The notes: generated from the letters alone by a model not told the origin. A stretch of DNA of 41,756 bases from Octopus bimaculoides (GCF_001194135.2 NC_068995.1:411920-453675), one strand, 5' to 3'; positions 1 through 10,734 are shown, numbered from the stretch's first letter. Translations and numbers: made by a program.

Positions 1-38
<38 letters not shown>

Positions 39-244
39 ATGTATGTATATATATATATGTATATATGTAGATATATTGCTCTCTATATTGTATGTGTTTA
101 TTTATGTGTGTGTGTGTGTGTATATGCATACGTATGTTTTCTTCTACGTCCCCGTATAATGCTATGTCTGTTTGTATATATGCGTGTATGAGTGTCTGTA
201 CATGGATATATAGAATACCATGTACGAACGTATATACACGCATT

Positions 245-283
245 TACATGTGTGTGTGTGTGTGTGTGCGCGCGCGCGCGCGC
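245..283. repeat. (TG)n-(CG)n alternating purine-pyrimidine tract (Z-DNA prone)
   Basis: ...gtgtgtgtgcgcgcgcgcgcgcgc read directly. Confidence 0.85.
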
Positions 284-550
284 TCGCAAAATCTTTCAAA
301 ACAAGTCCGCTGAGTTAGCAGTAATAGTCTCCGGATTATAACCCCGGATGTGGGGAGAGTATATCTGCGGTGTACTCTAACACTTTCCACAAAAACAATA
401 TTTATTGTGCTTGTGAAACCTATTCACAGCCCAGCAGATTGAGCCAGTTCAGAAATTCTTGTCACTGGGCATACAATTAACGCGGTGTTACATAGCGTAT
501 ATAGATATATATATAAGACAAGATAGCACAGGATGTATGTATGCATACGT

Positions 551-599
<49 letters not shown>

Positions 600-1212
600 T
601 ATATATATTGACATATATATGTGGGTATGCGTATCTGTGTCTTTGTGTGTATACATGCAACATTTTTCAAGTATATGACCATCACTATGTATAAACAATA
701 TTTTCAAGGATTCATTATTATGAAATGCGCGAGTACAAGATTATACACACACACATATATATATATATACACATGTGCTAACATGTATATAGTCATTCCT
801 ACATACACACACACACAACCTCTATGTCTCTCTCACACACACACCTAAACGCTCCCACAAACACACGGTTAGACTTGAAGAAACGCCGAGTGTGAGATTG
901 GATAATTTTTCGAAAAAATACATTTTTATAAATTTTCGTAAAATTTATAAAAGACAAGGGATTATCATGACTTGCGTCATTATGAATGTGTGTGTCTGCG
1001 TATGTGTGCGTGCGTGTGTGTGTGTGTGTGTGTGCGCGTCTGTCTGTGTTCGTATGCGTGTGTGTGTGTGTGAATATGTGTCCGGTGCCGAACAAGTTCC
1101 TTATTCTTTGCTTGGCTTATTGCAAAACTAAAATCTCAAAACTCGTTTAAAGAATCAGCCTTGTTACATGTCACTCAGTGTTTGAGGGTCACTCATCCAT
1201 CCACCCACACCC

Positions 1213-1257
<45 letters not shown>

Positions 1258-1402
1258 CATTTTACATAATATATATGCGTACATATATACATATATACAC
1301 ACACGCATGTATATATATATATATATATGCATCGGTATATATATATGTGTGTATATATTTTTATGTACGTACCCACATACACATATATTTCACATTATAT
1401 GC

Positions 1403-1433
<31 letters not shown>

Positions 1434-2241
1434 CATACATACATACATACACACACACGCATATATATATACACACACTCACACACACTCATAGACACAC
1501 TCACCCAGTATGCAGACTCCGCTCTCCGCTCACCATACCAGCGCCATCATGGCCACTGCTGCTGTTTTTGTTGAGGGGGAACGGAATGAACGTCGTCCCA
1601 TCAACTTTACGATGATTAGGGAGGGAGGGAGGCAGAGAAAAAGAGAGAGNNNNNNNNNNTGAGGTGGGAGTGAGATAGCGCTAGGTGAGAGTAGTAGTAG
1701 TAGTAGTAGTGGTGGTGGTGGTGGTATTGGTGAGGTGGAGTGTGACATAGAAAGTAATCAGTTGTGAGAGGAGGAGGAGGAGGTGTTAGTGATCGGTCAG
1801 GCGGTAGGTGAAGGGGGAGGGACTGCTGGGGTGGAAAACAAGACGATTTGGCGGTTGGAGATGCGTGTGTGAAACTTTCTTTGTGTATATACGTATGTGT
1901 ATATATGTATGTGTATATATGTATGTGTATATATATCTATCTACATGCACAGTCTATTGTTACCGCTGGCTCTCCCTCCCTCTCTCTCCTTCTTCTCCTA
2001 CATCTTATCGCTCTCCATCTTTCTCTCTCCCTCACCTCTTACCACTACTGCCACTCTCTGCTTAACCATTACTGCCCTCCTCCCCCTCCCCCTCTGTCTT
2101 TTCTTTCTCTCTGTCTTGCTCTCCCTCTCTCCCTCCCCCTTACTCTCCTTCCGTCACAGCTTCCTTCGGCGAAGAAGAGAGATGACATAGACAAGGGCAG
2201 AGGCGGGATTAGCTAAGTGAGGCATCTCACTCTAACCCTTA

Positions 2242-2276
<35 letters not shown>

Positions 2277-2396
2277 TCTTCAAACACACACACACACACA
2301 CACATTCTCTCTTTCTCTCACTCTCTCTCTCTCACACACACATCTATGTATAGACATATATCCACATATATACGTTTACAAGACCGTGTCCCTCCA

Positions 2397-2815
2397 TATA
2401 AACACACGTATAGAATACATAAAGGGCAGCCGTATCCCACTCGGAGCATTTCTTAACGGTGGACGTCAGCGAATGCTTAACTTATTTCTGTCTGTGACAC
2501 TTTCTTGGACTTACACCACCACCGCCACCACGCACATCTAACAAACCCATACAATCGTCGTGTTTGCGCTGTATATGAATGTATATACACCCGTTTGTTT
2601 GTCTATATATATACGCGTGTATATAGAGCAGACAGAGAAACAAAATACTCCACACACAACAACAACAAATACAACCACTAAGCAGAAAGACTGAAAAACA
2701 AAAAAAAGATCGTGGGGACATTTGTAAAAAAAAAAAAAAAGGGGTTGAAAAAAAGAAAAACTTATTTTCAAAAGAATCTTATTTAAAATTTATCTTTAAA
2801 AAAACAATCCCGAAA
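2397..2815 (+). promoter_or_regulatory. Candidate proximal promoter / 5' UTR of neurogenin
   Basis: Non-repetitive stretch immediately upstream of the ATG with TATAAA at 2397-2402 (imperfect TATAWAWR) and CRE-like GACGTCA at 2462-2468. The TSS cannot be determined from sequence. Confidence 0.3.
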
Positions 2816-3346
2816 ATGGTGATGTATTTGAATAAAGATGTTTTACTGGGGCCAGTTTCCTGCGTCGATACGACAGGAGCTAGCGTGAAATTAGAACCGG
2901 CAATCTCTGACATTGTTTCTCTTTCCGTTCCCTCCTCAACTCACAGTATGGTTACTACTACTACTACAGCTACTATTGGTGCCATTACCACTACTACTAC
3001 TACTACTACAGCTGATTTTTCTCTCTCTGGAGTTCTTCATGTCGTTGATAATGTTGATGCTAAGGTGTCGTCAGGTTTTTCCTGGAGCAGCCCTGGCGCT
3101 CTCTCCTCAGTCATCCACTCACCGTCGTCGGTTCAATCCCCGATCGTATCGCCCGAAAGCCCCACGACGAACGCATTTCATGTCGATGACCACCTCCACT
3201 ATAATCACAACCACAGTCAACATCAATACCAAAACGGCCACCACCGCTACCGACCTCTCTACCCACGGCCGGAGATGACCATGGAATTAAGTACGGTTGT
3301 CGACAGCCCATTGTCTGTGTCGACACCTTCTTCACCGTCGTCGTCG

Positions 3347-3377
<31 letters not shown>

Positions 3378-3820
3378 CATCATCTCCTTATTCATCTTCG
3401 TCGCTGTCATTTTCTCCTCTTCATACCGCCGACCGCAAAGTGCCCGCGTTAAAATCGAACCTGCAACAGTTATTACCACAAAACCGACCGCAAAATGAAC
3501 GACAGCCCAAGTCTCAGCTTCCGATGGAGTCGAAACCGCAACCACAACAACCGGATGTGAAGGCAGCCGTAGCATGTCCGGTTTTGTTACCCGCCTCCGC
3601 CGCACCGTGCAAGGATTCTGTCGTGCTTTTGAACTCTGTCAACACAACTGTAGAAGCAACAACAACAACAGCATCGTCGTCATCGTCGTCATCATTAGCA
3701 GCACCAAGAACAAAAGCAACAACAACAACAAGGAGAAAAATAACGGAAATGACAAAAGCAACGAGACCGCCGATAATATCACGATCACCACCATCATCAT
3801 CATCGTCATCGTCATCATCG

Positions 3821-3852
<32 letters not shown>

Positions 3853-5488
3853 GTCATCATCATCATCGTCAATACCAATAATATCCTCATCGACTGACTC
3901 CGTTGACGAGTTGAAAAGAAAACAAACAAGTCCGGAAAAAAACTGCGGTGCCAAGCGACGTAACGGGCCCACGACGAAGAAAAAGCGTTACACCAAGTCA
4001 CGAATTCGAAACTGTAACCCTTTGATCGTGATGAAAATGAAGAAAAACAGACGAATGAAAGCGAACGACCGAGAACGTTCTCGAATGCACAGCTTAAACG
4101 ATGCTTTGGATTGTCTTCGAGAAGTTCTACCGAATTATTCCGACGAAGGCAAACTGACCAAAATCGAAACGCTGCGTTTCGCGCACAATTACATCTGGAC
4201 CCTGAGTGAAGCCCTTAAATTGATGGACACCGCTGAGAGTAAAGGGGACTTTGGTGACATCCCCGAAAAGCTGGCGACTCTGGGTTTGTTTGCACGTCTT
4301 TCTCAACATAAACACCACCACCATTATCATCATCACCACCACCACCGACAACAACATCCACTACAACTGCAGCCTCAACCACAGCAACAACTGTTACTAC
4401 AGCGACCACAACCACCTCAACAACAACAATTAGTATTACAACAGCAGTCATTACAACTGCAACATAAGCTACAACCACTAACACATCTATTACCACCACT
4501 AGTACCACCACCAACACAACAATTGCCACTACCACCACCACCACAACAACAACAGATCTTACTTGCAAACGAAATAGAAATGGAAGAAGACGACGAAAAG
4601 GATGTTGTTAACAGTGATGGTGATGATGATGATGACGACGATGATGATGATGGTGATGATGAATCAGACGGGTTACTTAAACGGGTGGCCGATACCAGTT
4701 TTCTCCAAGACTTCCTCATGTCGCAGGAGAACGAACCAGTCACGACTTCCGGTCATCGCCATCATCATCACCATCATCATCACCATCATCATCACCGCCG
4801 CCGCCGCCACCTCCTCTGCCGTGAAGCTAATAACTACAACGACGCGGATGCTGTTGCCAATAGCAACGGGAATAACTCCTCTCTCTCCCCGCCATGGATA
4901 CCCGGTGACTATGGCAACAAGATCCACGCTATCAACAACAACAACAACAACAACAGCGACAGTGATATGGAAGTCAGCAGCAGCAGTGGCGGTGGTAGTA
5001 GAGGCAGTTGTTGCTGCAGTAGCAGCAGCAGTGGTTGTGGTGGTTGTAGTTGTTGCACCAGTAACCACAGTGACAGTGGTAGCAGTATTAGTAGCAGCGA
5101 CAGTAGTAGTAGTAGAAGTAGTAGTGTTAGTAGTGGTGGTAGCAACGACAACCTCGCCGACAGCGTCACCGGGGTTCGATCGCCTGACGGCCCCAACTGC
5201 TCTGCCGCCCCCGTCCACGACCGCCGCCCTCGCCGCAACCATCACCATCACCACCACCATCATCATCATCATCCTTACCAACTGCCACAACGCCAGCATC
5301 ATCAGCATCAACATCAACCTGAACAACAACTCACCAAACAGCCCCAACGCCACCTCTATTTTCAACAACATCAGCTGACCGTGGAACCGGGGCAGAATGA
5401 AAGCCTTCACTTCTCCACGGATTTCTCGACGCCAAAACCGAACTTTGACCTTCAAGATGACAATTTTGTCGAACTCACAAAGTTATGA
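2816..5488 (+). CDS. ngn: Neurogenin-family proneural bHLH transcription factor, single coding exon, 890 aa
   Basis: Uninterrupted ORF with strong start context (aaaATGG). The bHLH at 4049-4222 reads [65 protein letters not shown] and [16 protein letters not shown] are neurogenin-diagnostic (NeuroD has ETLRLAKNYI, Atonal has RERRRM). It is preceded by a basic KKKRYTKSR stretch. The rest of the protein is low-complexity. Confidence 0.95.
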
Positions 5489-5510
5489 TGACGGCGTCGA
5501 CGACAATAAC

Positions 5511-6297
5511 AATAAAAGCAACAACAGCGACGACACCGCCACAGCCTCTACGTGGTTGTTTGATTTGCTAGCGATAACAGCCAAATCTTCCTCAAATTGC
5601 TACCGTCTTTAAATTAAAAAAACAAATGAAAGAGGATGCTTTCGGACAATGTAGTCCTAGATACATTATGGCTGAACCAACGATGGGACGTGATGACCAC
5701 AAGCGGAAGGCCTTTGATTCTACAGAAGCCTGCTCGATCAGCGTTGCCCCGGGCTAAACAGCTACAACAACAACAACAAAAAACCAGTTAAGAGAATTAA
5801 TCGTAATTGCAATGTGATAATGAAGACGAAAAGTCATTAAGAAAGAAACACCACATGACCAAAATGTTTCGGTATAAGGAAGTGACTGGATAGACACCCA
5901 CAGTATATTACTGGTAACGATTTAATCGCCAAAACTCTTTGTGCCAATCTAAAAAAAAAAAATCCAACAAAAACCGTATAAGCAGCAATACAGAGCTCGA
6001 GCATGGGCTCGGCCGGCACCACTAAAACAACACACACACACACACACATCGTATTTGATGATTTTGGATTATCTCAAGAATTTTTGTTAATTTAGAAATC
6101 AACTTTTTTTTTTGCAACTTACACAAAACGATGTTTTAGAAACTATCTATGGTGGCCTTGAATTACTGTAAAACTTCTATTAATAAAACAACCAAGAAAA
6201 TTAAGCTAACGATTACATAAGAGGAAACGACCATATAACAAGGACTATGGTGGCCTTGAAGTATCATTGTAATGAATATTTCATGAGTCATAATAAA
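5511..6297 (+). terminator. Candidate polyadenylation signals of neurogenin
   Basis: AATAAA at 5511-5516, 6182-6187 and 6292-6297. The last two are each preceded by TGTA and an identical 16-mer. Confidence 0.4.
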
Positions 6298-6318
6298 ATT
6301 GTCAAAGCACTCGAAACG

Positions 6319-6322
<4 letters not shown>

Positions 6323-6388
<66 letters not shown>

Positions 6389-6515
6389 GTATATATATAT
6401 AATTCGTTTTGAGTGCCATGATAGATCGCTGACCACTACACACAGTTTTTTTCTCGCCTTGTTTCTCTCTTTGTTTCTTTCTGTGTCCCTTTCTGTGGAA
6501 GAACGATATATATAT

Positions 6516-6587
<72 letters not shown>
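6323..6587. repeat. (TA)n/(TATG)n/(CA)n compound microsatellites downstream of the gene
   Basis: Read directly; representative of dozens of similar tracts across the window. Confidence 0.9.
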
Positions 6588-6898
6588 CCACATAGGTAGA
6601 CAGGAACAAAGCAAACAGACCGTCATTCTTCAAATTGAATCAATATTTTGGAATTAACATTATACACATCGTCACACGTGTGTATATAGCATGTACACAC
6701 GTATGTGCATACAGACTAATTGCTCACATGTATACATATATACACACGTGTCATGATTATATAGTCAAATACAACCATGAACGCCATCGCTATTTCATTT
6801 ATTTATTTAATTTTCATCATCATCATCATTATTATTATTATTATTAATATTATTATTTGTAAATCATAAAATGCCTGAAAGCTATCATTATAAGAACT

Positions 6899-6943
6899 GA
6901 GTCGAAATCCCGCCAAAGTCAACTTTGATTTGCAGCCATTCTT
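6899..6943 (+). mobile_element. Degenerate SINE family B fragment
   Basis: gagtcgaaatcccgccaaagtcaactttgatttgcagcc aligns to the family-B segment gagttcaaattccgccgaggtcgactttgcctttcatcc. Confidence 0.45.
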
Positions 6944-7922
6944 GGACGATTGAAAAAAGCAATTGTTCCGGTCGATATACATTGATTAGTTTGTGTCTGT
7001 GGCATGGAAATCATCAGTTAATTCTTCATTCTTTGATTGATTTCCAATTAAGAAATCGAGACTGTTTTTTTTTTTTTTCCATTTTTTTTTCTTCCTTATT
7101 TTGGACCATTTTTTGTTTAAATAGAGAACTTTGAAAAAACAAAACAAAACAAACAACAGTGGGATAATTATTTTAATAATGGCAAACCAGAGCCATTAAC
7201 AATGATTCTCAGGACATGGTGAAGAACCGGAGCAAGAACACAAGAACTTTGGACTTTTACAACAAAAACAAAATGCTTTGAGGAGTGTTTAAACAGATAT
7301 TCCTTGTGTGTGTGTGCGTGCGTGTGTGTCGGATTACTTTCCTAAACAAAGAGAGAGTAAAAATCTAAAAATCATTCTAATGAATGTTATTTTTGTATTT
7401 CCAACGGATTATCTCGTCAAAATTTCATCAAATAATTTTCTGGTCTTTGATACTTTAAAAATTGTTTATCAACGAATTTGTCCTTTTTCTGAACAGTTAC
7501 ATACATACATACATACATACATACGTACATACATACATACGTACATACGTACGCGCATAAATTTATATATACATTTTTACATACATATATAGATACACCT
7601 GCATATATATATGTACATAATTACACACACACACACATACATGAATATATGTATATACAATGTCATTCCATGAACTCTATGCTTATAAACATGCATACAC
7701 ACAGACAGACACTGAAACGTATGTTATATACAGAGATGCTGGTTCTTATCACAGTGACTTTAGCGCCGAATGAATCCAACGAAACACTTCTGCTTTGAGC
7801 CCTCCGGAAACAATAACAGCAACATTAATACGCAACAGTAACGGTCGCACGAACAGCAACAATAGCTACAACAACAACATTGACTGCATCAACGAACGAT
7901 CGCCGGGAATTGAGGGCAGCCA

Positions 7923-7948
7923 GGGTTAGGGTTAGGGTTAGGGTTAGG
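7923..7948 (+). repeat. Interstitial telomeric repeat (TTAGGG)n / G-quadruplex
   Basis: GGG(TTAGGG)3TTAGG read directly. Confidence 0.9.
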
Positions 7949-8259
7949 TGGAACAGGTTCTGAATGTGGAGGGGTCGGGATGAGAGAGAGACGAGAGACT
8001 TCGAATTACTTTGGGGTGAAGCGTGATTTGCTATTGTAAGAAGAAAGGAGGGAGGAAGAGGGAAAGACTAAGAAAGAGAGAGTGGGGGGGGGGGGAAGAC
8101 GGAGTGACAATACAACAGGACATTGCTCTATACCAGACAATTATGTGGTAAAGCGACTTGCGAGAAATAGCAGTCAAATCTCTCTTAAACCGTCTATACA
8201 CACACAATCATATATATATACAAACACGCATACGTACACATGAATACACACACACTCAC

Positions 8260-8291
<32 letters not shown>

Positions 8292-8821
8292 GTGTGTGTG
8301 TGTGTGTAAAATATCATCCTCACATTGATCAACATTCATCATCATCACCATCACGATCATTTATCATCGAAATCAAATCAATTCTATTTATCCCTCCTTT
8401 GTTTATTGATTGATTCCATTGCCAATACGATATCGATTTAACGATTGAATTCTACGTGATTGTTGCTTCCTCTCCCCCACCATCACCTCTTATCGATGGC
8501 GGATCGATAAAACCAATCACCAGTAATCTACTCGGGTTCTTATTTATCATTGACTACATTTTCTTCCCAAATCATTTATTCTATGGCTTTGTGCCGATGT
8601 TGGAAATGACTATTATTATTATTATTTTGTATAAAAACGAAAAAAAATAAAATAATCAAAAATAATTTTTTTATAAATAAATAAATTTTATCAAAATTTA
8701 AATGAACTTTTGTTTTGTTTTAGTTGTTGTTATCATTGTTGTTGCTGTTGTATGTAAAAAATTTATATTTTTGATATTTAAATTTTGTATAAAACGAGAA
8801 AAAATGCCATACAAAATATGA

Positions 8822-9075
8822 GGAGGCGAGTGGCCTAGTGGTCACCTGCAATGGTCAAGGTGATACACCTGCAACTCTAAGATCATGGTATTCGATTCCT
8901 GGGCCGGGTGTTGTGTTCTTGGGTAAAACTGTACATTTCCCCTTTGCTCCAGTTTAAACAGCTGTAAACTAATTCCAGTAATAGACGGGAAGTTAAGCCT
9001 GCAAGGGACTAGCATCCCAGCCAGAGCGTTGTAATCTCAGTCATATGCCATGGAAACTGGTTTACTCCCTAGCCT
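8822..9075 (+). mobile_element. tRNA-derived SINE, family C (copy 1)
   Basis: A-box tggcctagtgg, B-box-like gtattcgattcc, CORE-like gtgttcttgggtaaaac and central cctgcaagggactagcatcccagccag. Homologous to 10735-10975 and 17676-17910. Confidence 0.75.
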
Positions 9076-9204
9076 TTAGGGTCCCAGGGCTCAGGACAGA
9101 CTTAGGTAAGTCTGAAACATTTACAAAGAGAAAATATATTACAGCGATTGCGACTCTTGTAAATGTTTTCGAGAACATTACACACGTATGCGTGTGTGTG
9201 TGTA

Positions 9205-9262
<58 letters not shown>

Positions 9263-9782
9263 TGATCTGTTTCATTAATAGCGGCATCAAGAAAGAGGTA
9301 AGCCCATCCATCAAGAAATAAATAACATTTAATAAAGACGGGATTTATATCAGAGCTGCTATAAGTTTCATGCTCTGATAATACAATAGTCGGACAGTCT
9401 TACAAAGTGTGCCGTGTACACGGCATAAAGCCAGGAATTTTATGAGACGAAGAGTAACTTATTTTTCTAAAATGGTTTCCATATGATTACAGCCGTTTTG
9501 CAATCTTCTTCATGTAATATTATTAAATTCAGAATGCAAAATTATATACGCACATGTTTTCGCCACCATCGAAGCTCAGCATTATACAATAAAATTGTTT
9601 ATTCACGAATTCGTGCAAAGAAAGAAAGAAATTTATCCGATCACCGGGACAGCATATCTACGATTCAACGCACAAAAAAAAAAATTATGGGAATGTCTAT
9701 ATATGGTATATGTGTATGTAAAAACACACACACACACACACATATACATACATAAAATCCAAATATATGTGTATGTGTGTAA

Positions 9783-9941
9783 GCCTAGTATCTATTCTAT
9801 CGGTGTCTTTTGCCGAACCGCGAGATTATGGGGACGTAAACACACCAGCATCGGTTGTCAAGCGAGGTTGGGAGGGGGGACAAGCACAGGGACACAAACA
9901 CATACAAATATATACACATATGTATATACATACACACATAT

Positions 9942-9996
<55 letters not shown>

Positions 9997-10226
9997 AAAT
10001 ATATATATATATAAAATTGAAAATTTAATAAATGGAGTGTATGTATGTATATATATATATATATATATACGACGGGCTTCTTTCAGTTTCCGTCTACCAG
10101 ATCCACTCAGAGGGCATCGGTCGGCCAGAGGCTACAGTAGAAGACACTTGCCAAAGGTGCCACGCAGTGGCACTGAACCCAGAACCATGTGGTTGGTAAG
10201 CAAGCTACTTACCACACAGCCACTCC
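9783..10226 (-). mobile_element. tRNA-derived SINE, family A, with expanded internal (CA/TA)n
   Basis: On the minus strand: head gtggctgtgtggtaag...ggttcagtgcc (A/B boxes), CORE-like ggcacctttggcaagtgtcttc, gaaactgaaagaagcccgtcg, an internal microsatellite, then the 3' body. Homologous to 11461-11838. Confidence 0.85.
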
Positions 10227-10734
10227 TTCGCGTGAGGCATGCATATATGTACATGTACGTATATACACCCATACATACTACATACATGCACGCATAAATT
10301 CACACATATGTATAGGCAAGCGGATAGCGAGGCCTATAGGAATGTGTCTGTCTTTCTATCTTTCGCACTCTGCATGTGCTGATGTGCACATTTGTATCTA
10401 TGCTTACCTGGTAGCAAAACACCTGAGAACGTTGTGAAGGAGTAAAACAAAAACACGAAAGTCGGGAGTCAATGTCAGGATATGTCAAAGTGCTTCATGT
10501 TTCTCTTTTTTCGTTTTTGTTTATTTCGAAAAAGCTATTAGAAGGGAGGTAATTGGGGAATAACCACATTCGCACAAAGTGAAACTTTACAGACACAAAG
10601 ACAACACACAGAGGTTCGCTCTTACATAACGAGGCATATATCCACCCAGTAAACGTTAGCACACACACACACACACACTGATGCATATCTATCTATCTAG
10701 CTAGCTAGCTAGCTACATACATACATACATACAT

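Noticed and set aside
2913-5612. Overlapping alternative-frame and antisense ORFs across the neurogenin CDS (e.g. 4602-5378 +, 4673-5455 -, 3514-3972 -)
   Set aside because: They are by-products of trinucleotide repeats lacking stops in shifted frames; no domain content.
6147-6260. GGCCTTG in the duplicated 3' UTR 16-mer as a miR-124 site
   Set aside because: The miR-124 seed match is GTGCCTT(A); the sequence has GTGGCCTT, which is not a match.
9410-9425. Perfect 16-bp palindrome TGCCGTGTACACGGCA (plus 8-9-bp inverted repeats at 9097-9114 and 9348-9380)
   Set aside because: About one 8-bp-arm palindrome is expected by chance in a window this size.
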